DNA of 64,000 nt from Planctomycetota bacterium (GTDB lineage Bacteria; Planctomycetota; SZUA-567; H5-PLA8), in the NCBI GenBank assembly GCA_023150555.1, contig JAKLKQ010000025.1, positions 19,069 to 83,068 of the forward strand, given 5' to 3'. Position 1 is the first letter of the stretch. Each line of letters starts with the position of its first letter. The position numbers and the translations under genes were made by a program. Under the pieces are notes generated by a model. The model was not told the origin of the DNA and made no database searches. It saw nothing but the letters and a program-made list of their open reading frames with translations. Positions 8,957 through 19,397 of this stretch are shown here, piece by piece.

Positions 8957-11900
8957 ATGCATCGGCTCGTGCCCGTAACCGCTGCGGCACCGCGCACCGC
9001 GTATTCCGTCCGGCGCTTCTTCGCCGGCAAGGGGGTACTCGTCACCGGTTCGACCGGCTTCCTGGCGAAGGCCGTCGTCGAGAAGGTGTTGCGCGACCTG
9101 CCCGAGGTCGAGAAAATCTACTTGCTGATCCGGCCTCGCGCGCGCCCGAACGGCTCGCTGATCGACCCCACCGAGCGCCTGCGCGACGAGATCCTGCGCA
9201 ACTCGGTCTTCGGCCCCTTGCGCGAAAAGCATGGCGCGGACTTTGAACGCTGGATCACCGGCCGCATCGTCTGTGTGCCCGGCGACCTGACGCACGAGCG
9301 CCTGGGTCTGGACGAGGCCGCCTTCGCCGAACTGGCGAGCAACGTCCGCGTCGTGATCAACTCCGCCGCGACGGTGGTCTTCGACGAGCGCCTGGACCTG
9401 GCACTGAACATCAACACGCTCAGCCCGCTGCGCCTGCTGGAACTCGCCCAGGCCGCGAATGCGACCTACATCCATATCTCCACCGCCTACGTCAGCGGCA
9501 TGCGCAAGGGCTCGGTCCCCGAGCGCCTGCTGGAGCCGCTCGAGGCCATCGACGCGCAGCTGAAGCCCGGCGAGCCGCGCCCCAAGGAGTTCGACGTCTT
9601 CAATGAGATCGCGCGCCTTCAGGAACAGTGCGAGACGATCAAGGCCGACTGCGAGGTCCAGCGCCTCAAGCGCAACCTGGCGCCGGAAAGCGAAGAAGCC
9701 CGCGTGATGCTTCGCCGCGCACTGGTCTCCGCCGGCATGCGCCGAGCGCGCAGCCTGGGCTGGAACGACACCTACACCTACACCAAGTTCCTGGGCGAGC
9801 AGCTGGTGCGCGCGCGCCACGGCAAGGTGCCCACTGCGATCGTGCGCCCGTCGATCATCGAGTCCAGCCTGCGCGAGCCCGAACCGGGCTGGCTCGACGG
9901 CCTGCGTATGGCCGACCCGCTGATCGTCGGCTTCGGCAAGGGCCGCCTGGCCGACTTCCCCGCCGGGCGCAACGTGGTGCTGGACGTCATCCCCGCGGAC
10001 CTGGTCGTCAACGCGATCCTGGCCGCCGCGGCGGACCTGGCCGAGCGCGAAGGCGAGTTCAACCTGTTGCACGTCGCGTCCAGCAGCGAGAACCCGCTGG
10101 TGTTCGAGAACCTCTTCCAGACCGTCCGCGACTACTTCCTCAAGCATCCCATGCTCGACCGCGCCGGCAAACCCGTGCGCGTGCCGCAGTGGAAGTTCCC
10201 GACCGTCGAGCACTACAAGCGCCGGCTGACGAACACCTACCTGCGCCCCGTGAAGGCCATCAACGCGCTCGTCGACGGGCCTCTGCCCATGCCGGGCATG
10301 CGCAAGCTGCGCAGCCGCCTCCGGACCATGAGCAACGCGATGGAGCAGCTGCTCTATTACGTCGATATCTACGGGCCCTACACGAACCTGGACTGCCGCT
10401 TCGAGACGTCCAATGCGCGGAAGGTATTGGAGCGCATGGACGAGGCCGAGCGCGACGCCTTCGATTTCGACCCGCGCAAGATCCGCTGGCGCCACTACCT
10501 CCAGGACGTCCACATCCCCGGCCTGAAGCGCAATATCCTCCGCATGGACCAGCCCTTGCGCGCCGGCGCAGGCGAAGGCGACCTGCTGGCCGAAGAAGGC
10601 GCGCGCAGCGCCGACCGCATCAGCGCCGCGATCCACGGCGTGCCGCAGACGATCGTCGAACTGGCCGCGCGCAGCGCCGACCGCTTCGGCGGTAGCCCGT
10701 TTCTGGAGATCCAGCGCAAGGAAGGTGGGCGCCTGCGCCTGACGCATGCCGAAAGCTTCGCGCTTGCCGAGCAGTGGGCCCGGAAACTCTACGCCAAGCT
10801 GGATCTGCAACCCGGAGACCGCGTCGTGCTGTGGGGCGAGAACTGCCCCGAATGGGGCGTCGCGTACCTGGCATTCGTGCGCGCCGGCGCCGCCGTCGTT
10901 CCGCTGGACCGCCAGACGCCCAGCGACGAGGCCGCGCGCCTGGCGAAGTTCGTCGAGGCCAAGGCTGCGGTCCTGACGCCTTCGGTGCTGGCGGAAGCGC
11001 CCGATTGGCAAGGCGGCAACAACGGGCTGCCCGTGCGTTTGAACCTGTGCGCCGAACTGGAGCCCTTCGACGGCAGCCGCTGGCCGCTGCCCGATGCGCC
11101 GGTGGATGGCCCCGCGCCCAAGGCGCCCAACCCGCAATCGCTGGCGAGCATCCTCTTCACCAGCGGCACCACCGTCTCGCCCAAAGGCGTGATGCTGAGT
11201 CACTACAACTTCGTCGCCGACGCGTTGTCCGTCGCCGAGGTGCTCGAGCCGCTGCCCAACGACCGCTTCCTCTCCGTGCTGCCGTTGCACCACGCCTTCG
11301 AGTTCACCGGCGGCTTCCTGACGCCGATGTTCGGCGGCTCGGCGGTGCATTACCTGGAGACCCTGCGCGCGCCTGAAGTGCTCGAGACGATGCGCCGCGT
11401 GGGCGTGACCGTCGTGCTGGGCGTGCCGCGTCTGTACAAACTCTTCGCCGACGCGATCCAGGCCAAGGTCACCGAAGGCGGCGCCCCCGCGAAGGTGGCG
11501 ATGGAGATGATGGCCGGCATGGCTGGCGCCGCCGAGATGATGGGCAGCGAGCAGGCCAGAAAGAAGATCTTCTCGAAGGTCCACGAGGCCTTTGGCGGCA
11601 AGCTGCGCCTGTTCGTCAGCGGCGGCGCGGCGCTGGACCCCAGCCTCTTCCTCTTCTTTCAGCGCTTCGGCATCGCCATCGCCGAAGGCTACGGCCTGAC
11701 CGAGACCGCTCCGATCCTGACCGTCAACCCGCTGGGCGCGCCCAAGCCCGGCAGCGTGGGCCTGCCGCTGCCCGGTGCCGAAATCCGCGTACAGCACCCC
11801 GACAGCGCCGGCGTCGGCGAGGTCTGGGTGCGCGGGCCGATGGTAATGCAGGGCTACTGGCGCAACCCCGAGGCCACCGAATGGGCCTTCGAGGACGGCT

Positions 11901-13399
11901 GGTTCAAGACCGGCGACCTGGGCCGCCAGGACCGCGACGGCTACCTGTACATCACCGGCCGCGTGAAGGACACCATCGTCAGCTCGGCGGGCAAGAAGGT
12001 CTTCCCCGACGAGCTGGAAGTCAAGCTGCGTGGGCTGCCGCGCGTGAAGGAGTACTGCGTGATCGGCCTGCCGGCGCGTGGCGGCGGCGAAGCCGTGGCG
12101 TTGGTGGCCGTGCCCGAACTGGACAGCAAGCCCAACCGCAAGCGGATCCGCGAGGCCGTCGAGAAACTCAACAAGGAACTGCCCAGCTACCAGCGAGTCG
12201 CGCGCATCGAGTTCCTGGCCGAGGACCTGCCCAAGACCAGCACGTTGAAGGTCAAGCGCAGCAAGGTCCGCGACCGGTTCCTGGCCGCCGGCGAAGGCGC
12301 CGAGGCACTAGAGACCGGCGCCGCCGAAGCCGCCTCGCCGGCGCAGACCCAGGGCCGTGCGTACCGCGAGGTCGTCGAGGCCATCGCCGAGATCACCGGG
12401 CTGGATCCCGAGGAGATCGGTCCCGAGCGCAAACTCGAGTTGGACCTGGGCCTGGACAGCATCGGCCGCGTGGACCTGATCGGGAAACTGGAGCTGCGCC
12501 TGAACGTCGGCATTCCCGAGGAAGCCGTCGCGAAGCTGTGGACGGTGCAGGACGTCGCGCGCGTCGCCGAAGAAGCCGTCGCGAAGGGCGGCGCGCACGT
12601 CAGCGGCGCCAAGCGCGCGGTCACCACCGTCGGCGACCGTGTGTGGGAGAAGCGGCGCGGCGGCGAGGGCGGCAACGGCGACCACCTGCTGCAGCCGTCG
12701 ATCTCGAAGGCCGTCGTCGGCGGGGCGCTCACGACCACCGCGAAGGTCCTCTTCAACACATGGCTGCGCATCGACGCATACGGCATGGAGCACCTGCCGC
12801 TGACCGGCGCGTACATCCTGGCTTCGAACCATTCGAGCCACCTCGACACTGCCGCCGTACGCGAGGTGCTGGGCGGCCGCGCGGCTTCTCTGCACGTGAT
12901 GGGCGCCAAGGACTACTTCTTCGATACGCGATTCAAGAGCTGGTTCTTCAGCTCCGCCTTCAACGTGCTGCCGTTCGAGCGCGAGGAGAGCAGCCTCGAC
13001 GGCCTGGCGCTGTGCCGACGCGCCCTGGAAGACGGAAAGCCGCTGCTGATCTTCCCCGAAGGCACGCGCTCGGTCACCGGCAAACTGCAGAGCTTCAAGT
13101 CCGGCGTCGGGCTGCTGGCCCTGGAACTCGACTACCCGATCATCCCCGTGTGCCTCTCGGGCACCTACGAGGCCCTGCCGAAGGGCCGCAGCGTGCCGCG
13201 CCCCAGCCACGTGCAGGTGCGCTTCGGCCCGCCCGTCGACTTCAGCCGCCTGCGCGCGCGCCGAAAGGCCGCACAGCAGGAGAAGGATGCAAAGGCCAAG
13301 GGCGGGAAGAAGGAGAAGGCCCGCAGCATCGACCTGTACCGCGAGGCCGCCGAACAGATCCGCCAGGCCGTCGCGCGGATGAAGCCCGGCGGCGCGTAG
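8957..13399 (+). CDS. multidomain lipid-biosynthesis enzyme: fatty acyl-CoA/ACP reductase (FAR) - acyl-AMP/CoA ligase - ACP - 1-acyl-sn-glycerol-3-phosphate acyltransferase (ElbD-like)
   Basis: N-terminus [20 protein letters not shown]...YLLIRPR is the NAD(P)-binding male-sterility/FAR domain. [18 protein letters not shown] and [10 protein letters not shown]...WFKTGDLG are the AMP-binding ligase. [11 protein letters not shown] is the phosphopantetheine attachment Ser of an [13 protein letters not shown] and FPEGTRS are the PlsC HxxxxD and FPEGTR motifs. Confidence 0.8.
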   Translation: MHRLVPVTAAAPRTAYSVRRFFAGKGVLVTGSTGFLAKAVVEKVLRDLPEVEKIYLLIRPRARPNGSLIDPTERLRDEILRNSVFGPLREKHGADFERWITGRIVCVPGDLTHERLGLDEAAFAELASNVRVVINSAATVVFDERLDLALNINTLSPLRLLELAQAANATYIHISTAYVSGMRKGSVPERLLEPLEAIDAQLKPGEPRPKEFDVFNEIARLQEQCETIKADCEVQRLKRNLAPESEEARVMLRRALVSAGMRRARSLGWNDTYTYTKFLGEQLVRARHGKVPTAIVRPSIIESSLREPEPGWLDGLRMADPLIVGFGKGRLADFPAGRNVVLDVIPADLVVNAILAAAADLAEREGEFNLLHVASSSENPLVFENLFQTVRDYFLKHPMLDRAGKPVRVPQWKFPTVEHYKRRLTNTYLRPVKAINALVDGPLPMPGMRKLRSRLRTMSNAMEQLLYYVDIYGPYTNLDCRFETSNARKVLERMDEAERDAFDFDPRKIRWRHYLQDVHIPGLKRNILRMDQPLRAGAGEGDLLAEEGARSADRISAAIHGVPQTIVELAARSADRFGGSPFLEIQRKEGGRLRLTHAESFALAEQWARKLYAKLDLQPGDRVVLWGENCPEWGVAYLAFVRAGAAVVPLDRQTPSDEAARLAKFVEAKAAVLTPSVLAEAPDWQGGNNGLPVRLNLCAELEPFDGSRWPLPDAPVDGPAPKAPNPQSLASILFTSGTTVSPKGVMLSHYNFVADALSVAEVLEPLPNDRFLSVLPLHHAFEFTGGFLTPMFGGSAVHYLETLRAPEVLETMRRVGVTVVLGVPRLYKLFADAIQAKVTEGGAPAKVAMEMMAGMAGAAEMMGSEQARKKIFSKVHEAFGGKLRLFVSGGAALDPSLFLFFQRFGIAIAEGYGLTETAPILTVNPLGAPKPGSVGLPLPGAEIRVQHPDSAGVGEVWVRGPMVMQGYWRNPEATEWAFEDGWFKTGDLGRQDRDGYLYITGRVKDTIVSSAGKKVFPDELEVKLRGLPRVKEYCVIGLPARGGGEAVALVAVPELDSKPNRKRIREAVEKLNKELPSYQRVARIEFLAEDLPKTSTLKVKRSKVRDRFLAAGEGAEALETGAAEAASPAQTQGRAYREVVEAIAEITGLDPEEIGPERKLELDLGLDSIGRVDLIGKLELRLNVGIPEEAVAKLWTVQDVARVAEEAVAKGGAHVSGAKRAVTTVGDRVWEKRRGGEGGNGDHLLQPSISKAVVGGALTTTAKVLFNTWLRIDAYGMEHLPLTGAYILASNHSSHLDTAAVREVLGGRAASLHVMGAKDYFFDTRFKSWFFSSAFNVLPFEREESSLDGLALCRRALEDGKPLLIFPEGTRSVTGKLQSFKSGVGLLALELDYPIIPVCLSGTYEALPKGRSVPRPSHVQVRFGPPVDFSRLRARRKAAQQEKDAKAKGGKKEKARSIDLYREAAEQIRQAVARMKPGGA

Positions 13400-13419
13400 T
13401 CCGCAGGCGTAAGCCTCGC

Positions 13420-14124
13420 ATGTCCGAATCCCCCGCGCCGTCCGCACCTTCCGCGCAGGCCACGCGCCGCGCCGCGTACTTCGACGTCGACGGTACGCTG
13501 GCGCGCAGCAACATCGTCGGCCCTCTGCTCTTCTTCCGGAAAAAGCTGATGCCGCCGCTGGTGCGCGAACTCTGGCTGGCCACCATCCCCGCGCGCGGGC
13601 TCTACTGGCTCGCCCTCGACAAGCTGAGCCGCGACGCCAGCAACCGTTCGATCTATGCGCAGTACGCGGGCCTGGACGCCGCCCGCGTGCGCGCGCTCGC
13701 CGCCGAACTGCACGAGGCCTTCTGGCGTCCGCGCCTGTTGCCGCAGGGCCTGAAGCGCGTCGCCGAACTGCGTGCGCAGGACGTGGCGCTGGTCTTCGTG
13801 ACGGGCTCGATCGATTTCCTGGTCGAGCCGCTGGCGAAGGAACTGGGCGCGGAGTTGATCGCGCCGAGCCTGGAAGAGAAGGGCGGCCGGTTCACCGGGC
13901 GCCTGACCGGCCCGCCGCTGGCCGGCACGCACAAGGCCGATGCGTTGCAGCAGCACGCCAGGCGGATGGGTGTCGATCTTTCCGCCAGCCACGCCTTCGG
14001 CGACGCGATCGGCGACCTGCCGATGCTCAAATGCGTCGGCTATCCAGTGGCCGTCAATCCCGGGAGGCGCCTGGGCGCAGTCGCACGCAAGCGCGGCTGG
14101 CCGGTGGAAACATGGACGGTCTGA
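13420..14124 (+). CDS. HAD superfamily subfamily IB hydrolase (phosphoserine-phosphatase-like)
   Basis: Motif I YFDVDGTL, K-containing motif III, and terminal GDAIGDLPML (motif IV). Start chosen at MSESPAPS (13420). The longer 747-aa ORF in the track is an out-of-frame overlap with the preceding gene. Confidence 0.7.
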   Translation: MSESPAPSAPSAQATRRAAYFDVDGTLARSNIVGPLLFFRKKLMPPLVRELWLATIPARGLYWLALDKLSRDASNRSIYAQYAGLDAARVRALAAELHEAFWRPRLLPQGLKRVAELRAQDVALVFVTGSIDFLVEPLAKELGAELIAPSLEEKGGRFTGRLTGPPLAGTHKADALQQHARRMGVDLSASHAFGDAIGDLPMLKCVGYPVAVNPGRRLGAVARKRGWPVETWTV

Positions 14125-14134
14125 AGGCTGCCGG

Positions 14135-15016
14135 CTACCGCTTTGCGTAGGCCTTCCAGGCAGATTCGATCTGCTCGGCATCGCCGGTACCCAGGAAGAC
14201 GAAGAGACGGTAGCGCAGCTTGAGCGCCTCGCCCTTCGCGAGTTCGAAGGGTCCTTTGAGCTGTGGGGCGGGGTTGATCATGCCCTGGTTGTCGACGCGC
14301 CAGCGGTTGGGGTACCGGAAGTTCGAGGGATGCTCCAGAATTGCGACGCCCGCGTAGGCGTAGGTCTTGCTCGTCTCTTTGGAGTACACGCCCAGGCCGT
14401 CGACGGGCTGCGCCACGCTGGTCCAGCGCGCATCCTGCTCCGCGCAAGCGTCGCCTTCCTGGCCTTCGCTGTTCAGGTGCCTGCGCGCGTCCTTGTGGCC
14501 CGTCAGACGCGCACTCAAGCCGCCGTACTTCGACTCGCCGAAAGCCAGCGCTTCCTTTGTCGCACGGATCTCCCAGTCGAGGTCGAACGCGTAACTCGTC
14601 TCGAAGTCCTGCGCCGCGATACTGACGCTCTGGCGCTCTTCTAAGAGTACGCGCCCATCGGGGCGCAGCCATTCGTTTGCCGCGGTGAACGCGATGCGGA
14701 CGGGGGAGGACTCGAGGTTCTCCAAGCCGCGGTGGCGCATCGCGCCTCGAATCTCTTCCGCGTACACGGCGTCGCCGCAGCACCAGAAGTCGAGTCCGTT
14801 GACGGCGTTCAGGCCGGTGAAGATCCCGTATTGCCAAGGATGGTCGGCGGGGCGGAAGCGCGTGAGGGTGTACTCGCTGCCGGGCGCGTTGAGCGGATGG
14901 ATGTGCGTGCGGAAGCGCGCGTCGGTCGAATAGAAGAAGACGCGCCGCGGGCCGTCCGGGGTCTTCGCTGCGACGTCCAGGCCCTTGGGCGATTGCCGGT
15001 AGTCGAGGTCGCTCAT
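14135..15016 (-). CDS. hypothetical protein, possibly PmoA/DUF6807-family
   Basis: Start at MSDLDYRQSPKG after trimming an Arg/Pro-rich spurious extension. Sits 8 bp downstream of, and co-directional with, the large secreted protein. Family assignment is from memory of HPWQYGIF/LDFWCCGD-like motifs and is weak. Confidence 0.4.
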   Translation of the reverse strand: MSDLDYRQSPKGLDVAAKTPDGPRRVFFYSTDARFRTHIHPLNAPGSEYTLTRFRPADHPWQYGIFTGLNAVNGLDFWCCGDAVYAEEIRGAMRHRGLENLESSPVRIAFTAANEWLRPDGRVLLEERQSVSIAAQDFETSYAFDLDWEIRATKEALAFGESKYGGLSARLTGHKDARRHLNSEGQEGDACAEQDARWTSVAQPVDGLGVYSKETSKTYAYAGVAILEHPSNFRYPNRWRVDNQGMINPAPQLKGPFELAKGEALKLRYRLFVFLGTGDAEQIESAWKAYAKR

Positions 15017-15024
15017 TGCGGCAC

Positions 15025-18000
15025 CTATTTCTCGGTGCTCAGCAGCACGCCCAGCGCCGCCGGGGACGGATCGCCCTGCGGCGCGCCGCCGTGCCAGGCG
15101 GTGCGTTCGGGCAAGCCTTTGGCGGTGTGGCGCTGGCGCGCGAAGGCCGCGCGCAGCACGCGCCCGGCGGCCGGCGGGCCCTTCAGGCCCAGGTCGCGCC
15201 AGGGGACGGCGAGTTCCAGGACCCAGCCGGTCTCGGTGCGCGCGGTGCGGGCCAGGGCGTGCCCGTTCCACGCGACGTCGCCGTTGCGCGAGTCGCGAAG
15301 GTTGCCGAGGACGTCGAAGCGCAGGCGCAGCGTCGCGGCCGGCTGTTCGGCGCTGAAGAGCGTGACTTCAAACCAGTCGCCTTCGTCGATCTTCGCGTCG
15401 TCGCGTTTCATCGCGAGTTGCTTGCGCGCGCGCAGCGCGTCGAACTCGGGATCGCCCAGGTACGCGGCGAGCAGCAGGTTCTCGCCGTCGCGACGCACGG
15501 CCACGGCCGTCTGCGTCGAAGCCGCGGGATCGGTGCCGTCGTTGGCGCTGAGGTACGCGGAGACCTGCTGGTTCTTCCAGCCGGGGTCGTCGGTGCGGCC
15601 GTCGACGGTTACGGCGCCGGGGGCCGGGGGCACGGCGGCGACCGGAAGCACGAAGCGGAAGGCCTGCTCGTCGCCGGCGGCCTCGCTGAGCGCCAACTGC
15701 AGGACGCCGGCGGCCGCGGGCAGTTCGGCGCTGCGGGCCTGAAGTTTGACGACGAAGGGGAGGGGCTGCGGGCGCGGGCTGGGGTGGGCGCGCCGGTCGG
15801 GCGGCGCCATCTCGGCGATCTCAGCGCGCCAGCCCTTGCTGCACTTGGCGACGAGCATCGGGGGCGCCTGCAGGCCTTCGCCGGCGGGGCGCAGATGCAT
15901 GGGCCACTCGACGTTCAGTTCGCCGCGCTCGTTCACCTCCACGCGCAGGCCTTCGCCGCGCGGCTCGGGGCGCCACTGCTGCGTGACGCCGGCCATCGGC
16001 AGCAGGCCCGCGTACGGCGCGTTGTCCTTCAGCAGTTGGAACTCGCGGCGCAGCCCGCTGAGCAGGTCGGTGGCGACGCAGCGGTACAGCCCGGCGGGTT
16101 CGTTGAGGCCCAGGCTGAAGGTGCCTTCCCATCGCCCGGCCTCGGCGATGACGGCGCGGCTGTAGTGCGGCAGGTGGCGGCCTTGCGGGTCGAAGAACTC
16201 CAGGCGCAACACGTGGCGACCCAGTTCCTCGCCGTCGTCTCCGGTCTCGGCACCTTCCTTGTCCGCGTCGATCTCGAAGGCGAGCCGGAAGGCGCCCAGC
16301 GGGTCCAGGCGCCGCACTTTCGCCTCGAGGGCGCGCACGCGGTAATCCAGCGCGGCCAGCACCGCCGCGGCGTCGGGCGCCAGGCGCGCGCTGCATTCGG
16401 TGCCCAGGCCCAGGTACGTGCCGGTGCGCACGTCGTACCAGTGGCAGGTGTGGTCGTAGACGGCGCGCACGGCGGTGGATTCGGTTGCAAGCGCGGGGGC
16501 CAGCACCGCGGCCAGCGCCACAGGGCCGTCGCGCCAGAGTTTGCGCGCGGCGCCGCGCAGGGCGTGGCCGGAAGCGTCGCGGACGCTGAGCGCCGGTTCA
16601 CCCACGGCTTCCTCCAGAAGGTTGCCGACAAGAATGCGCAGGGCCTCGCCGCCGGTTGGCTTCCCGAATTTCGCGAGATACTCGCGCCGGCCGATGCCGG
16701 CCATGCGGAAGTCGGTCTCGGCCTTTGCGCTTAGTTCGGGGTAATCCTGCACCGCGAGGTTCAGATAGACGAAGCGCCCCACCCCCGCACTGTGCACGGC
16801 CAGCGCGTCGGCGCCGCCGGCGGTCTTGGCGTGGCTCCACGCGCCGGTGGCGCGCAGGCCGGGTTCGTTGACGCGCAGTTCGTCCGATTCAGGCCCCAGG
16901 TCGACGGGACGCGCGGGGTCGAACAGGCGCACGCGCGCGCTGGCGGCCTCGCCCATCCATGCGCCGGCGATCTCATGCGCCCATTGGTGCTCGCGGCGCA
17001 CGCCGAAGTCGCGGTCCAGGATTCCGATGTAGGGTTGTGTGGCCAGGCCGCGGTAGCGCCGGCCGTATTCGTCGTAGGTCCCGCACTGCGAGTCGGCTAG
17101 GACGACGCCTTTCAGTCGCGCATACGCCTGCAGCGCCTTGGCTTCCTTTGCGCCCAGGCTGAGGACCTTGGGCAAGATCAGCACCTTCACGTCCAGGCCG
17201 GAGCCCTTGGCGAGCAGCTCCTGCTCGTCCACGAAGCGCGCCTCGAGTCCCAGATCGGAAAGCAGCGCGCGCCAGGCTTCGATCGCGCGCAGGCCCGTCC
17301 CGTCCGCGGGGTTGGCCAGGTCGGCCCAGGTGCTGCCGCGCAGCGCGGCGTCGCGCAGCCAGTGCAGCGCGAGGCTGCGCGGCGAGTAGTAGATGCCGAT
17401 GCGCGGCTTCGGGGCCGGCGCCCCGTTGCGCAGCAGCGTCAGACCGTTGGCCAGCGCGTCGAGGTCCTCGATCAACGGGGCGGCGTGGCTCGGTCGCAGG
17501 CCGTCGGCGTCGGCGAAGAGCCCGTCGGCGTTGACCACCACCGTGCCGGCGTCGCCGCGCATCCAGCCGTCCCACAACTGGCGGCGCGCCTGGCTGCCCG
17601 AGACGTTTGTCAGGTTCACCGCGCGGATGCCGGAATGGAAGCTGGCGAAGAGTTCGCGGACAGGCCCGCGGTCCACGGGCACGTACCAGTCCAGCAGCGG
17701 CGCGACGCGCGCGGCGTCCCAGCCGCCCCAGGGCGAGGGCTCGCACGCGCCGGTCAGCCCGCACAGCGCGCCGGGATCGGCCGCGCGCACGGTATGTGTA
17801 AACTCGTTGAGCAGCCGCGCGAAGGCGAAGTCGAGGAAGGCGTGCCATTCCAGCCACGCCGCGCAGTTCTCGCGCCCGGGCGCGGCCAGCTCGCTGGGCT
17901 TGAGCGTGAACGACGCGTGGCCGTCGACCTCGGGGAGTTCCTCGTCTTCGTTGCCGCCGCGCAGGATCTCCATGCGCTCGGCGAAGCGCGGCTGCAGCGC

Positions 18001-19023
18001 GCCGAGCATCTCGTCGGTGGACGGTGGCCGGACCTCGCTCCAGTCCTTGAAGCCCGTGCGCCAGACCGCGTTCAGTGCCTGCAGGTCCAGGTAGCGCCGC
18101 TTCAGCCAGGCCTGGAAGAGTTCCAGCGTCTCGGCGGAGGGCAGCAGGTCCAGCGCGCGCGTAGTGCGGGTGAGCGAGAGTTCGTGGCCGACCGAGTACC
18201 CCAGCGGGCGATCGGCCGCCAGCGACCAGGTGCGGTCGTGCAGGTCTTTCAGCGCGCGGTCGAGCGCCGCCTGTTCAAACAGAGGCGGCACGCGCGTGAG
18301 GCCCTCGATCGCGCGCGCGGCGAACTGCGCGTGGAGCGTGTTCCATCGCCCGTCGTCGAAGGCGTGCAGCGGATGGCCTTGCTCGCCCAGCGCGGTCTGC
18401 AGCCGGTAGGTCCAGGCGTCGGCGGAATCGTTGACCGCGGGCGCCGTGGGGTCCAAGAAGTCGTCGATGCGCCCGTTGACCGGCAGGCGCGCGATCTGTG
18501 CCCTGGCCTCGTCGGACTCGAAGCGCTGGCTGCGCGGCAGCAGCACGGCGAAGCCGTCCCAGTTCCTGCGCTGGGGCACGACCGTGAAGCGGGCCTCGGC
18601 GGCGAAGCGCCAGGCCGGATCGTTCTTCTTCGTACGCGGCGCGGTGACCAGCACCAGGCGGTGCTCGATGCCGAAGCCCCCGCGCAGCGGGACTTCGAAA
18701 GAGACGGGCTCGTTCGAGGCCTCCTTCGAGGCCGGGTCGATCTCGACGTGGCTGATTACGCGTCCCAGGCCGTCGATGAAAAGGATGCGCAGCAGGTTTT
18801 CGGCCGGATGCCAGTCGCCGCGGAAACTCGCCTTCAGCACCGCGTTCTCGTCGAAGCGCGTGCCCGGAAGTTCCAGCGTTAGCGCGTTCGGCAGCGCGAC
18901 GGGTTGTGCGGGAGCATTCTCGGCCGCGCGCGCGCCCGCGCAGGCCGCGGCCAGACACAGCAGCAGGGCCGCCACGCGCGCCGCGGCGGCACGCAAGACG
19001 CTACCGTACCGGAGGACCCCCAT
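15025..19023 (-). CDS. large secreted glycoside-hydrolase-like protein (GH42M-like trimerisation/amidotransferase-like region and a C-terminal CBM9-like region)
   Basis: Start at MGVLRYGSVLRAAAARVAALLLCLAAACAGARA (signal peptide). About 1330 aa. The internal VKVLILPKV...YARLKGVVLADSQCGTYDEYGR segment resembles the beta-galactosidase middle domain. Specific activity is unknown. Confidence 0.5.
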   Translation of the reverse strand: MGVLRYGSVLRAAAARVAALLLCLAAACAGARAAENAPAQPVALPNALTLELPGTRFDENAVLKASFRGDWHPAENLLRILFIDGLGRVISHVEIDPASKEASNEPVSFEVPLRGGFGIEHRLVLVTAPRTKKNDPAWRFAAEARFTVVPQRRNWDGFAVLLPRSQRFESDEARAQIARLPVNGRIDDFLDPTAPAVNDSADAWTYRLQTALGEQGHPLHAFDDGRWNTLHAQFAARAIEGLTRVPPLFEQAALDRALKDLHDRTWSLAADRPLGYSVGHELSLTRTTRALDLLPSAETLELFQAWLKRRYLDLQALNAVWRTGFKDWSEVRPPSTDEMLGALQPRFAERMEILRGGNEDEELPEVDGHASFTLKPSELAAPGRENCAAWLEWHAFLDFAFARLLNEFTHTVRAADPGALCGLTGACEPSPWGGWDAARVAPLLDWYVPVDRGPVRELFASFHSGIRAVNLTNVSGSQARRQLWDGWMRGDAGTVVVNADGLFADADGLRPSHAAPLIEDLDALANGLTLLRNGAPAPKPRIGIYYSPRSLALHWLRDAALRGSTWADLANPADGTGLRAIEAWRALLSDLGLEARFVDEQELLAKGSGLDVKVLILPKVLSLGAKEAKALQAYARLKGVVLADSQCGTYDEYGRRYRGLATQPYIGILDRDFGVRREHQWAHEIAGAWMGEAASARVRLFDPARPVDLGPESDELRVNEPGLRATGAWSHAKTAGGADALAVHSAGVGRFVYLNLAVQDYPELSAKAETDFRMAGIGRREYLAKFGKPTGGEALRILVGNLLEEAVGEPALSVRDASGHALRGAARKLWRDGPVALAAVLAPALATESTAVRAVYDHTCHWYDVRTGTYLGLGTECSARLAPDAAAVLAALDYRVRALEAKVRRLDPLGAFRLAFEIDADKEGAETGDDGEELGRHVLRLEFFDPQGRHLPHYSRAVIAEAGRWEGTFSLGLNEPAGLYRCVATDLLSGLRREFQLLKDNAPYAGLLPMAGVTQQWRPEPRGEGLRVEVNERGELNVEWPMHLRPAGEGLQAPPMLVAKCSKGWRAEIAEMAPPDRRAHPSPRPQPLPFVVKLQARSAELPAAAGVLQLALSEAAGDEQAFRFVLPVAAVPPAPGAVTVDGRTDDPGWKNQQVSAYLSANDGTDPAASTQTAVAVRRDGENLLLAAYLGDPEFDALRARKQLAMKRDDAKIDEGDWFEVTLFSAEQPAATLRLRFDVLGNLRDSRNGDVAWNGHALARTARTETGWVLELAVPWRDLGLKGPPAAGRVLRAAFARQRHTAKGLPERTAWHGGAPQGDPSPAALGVLLSTEK

Positions 19024-19397
19024 CCCCCGGACGTATGGATGCCTCGAGACGTCCGCCGTCACGGAGCCTCCCTGGCAAATGCAAGATGGCACGTATCCGG
19101 AGTCTACGGGTTGGCCGTGCAATTTCCATGAAGGGTGAAGGGGCGCGGATAGAAAAATACCATTCCCCATCTTTGGATTTTGTTTGGTTCCGCATCGTGC
19201 GGTGTTGCCGAAGGGCTCCGTAGGGTCAACGACGGCACGGTCCATCCCCACACCCCCAGAGAATCGGCACGATGCGCCACGCGGCATCCTCCGATGCGGG
19301 ACCATCCCCGTATCCTTGTGCAACGGCCAGAGTTACATTACAATCGAGGCGCATATCGGGTCACCAAAGCTTCCCAAACGCAGGAGTCCAAGCCGCG

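Noticed and set aside
8882-11797. 971-aa minus-strand ORF antisense to the ElbD-like gene
   Set aside because: The plus-strand frame carries four well-defined enzymatic domains. The antisense frame is low-complexity (Arg/Gly/Ala) and is an artefact of GC3 bias.
11881-14124. 747-aa plus-strand ORF from the track treated as one gene
   Set aside because: Only the last 235 codons (from MSESPAPS at 13420) form a HAD-IB hydrolase. The upstream 500 codons overlap the ElbD-like gene out of frame and are Arg/Pro-rich noise.
15017-15271. N-terminal 85-codon extension of the PmoA-like ORF
   Set aside because: The extension is pure Arg/Pro/Ala/Gly and overlaps the stop of the upstream gene. MSDLDYRQSPKG is a more plausible start.
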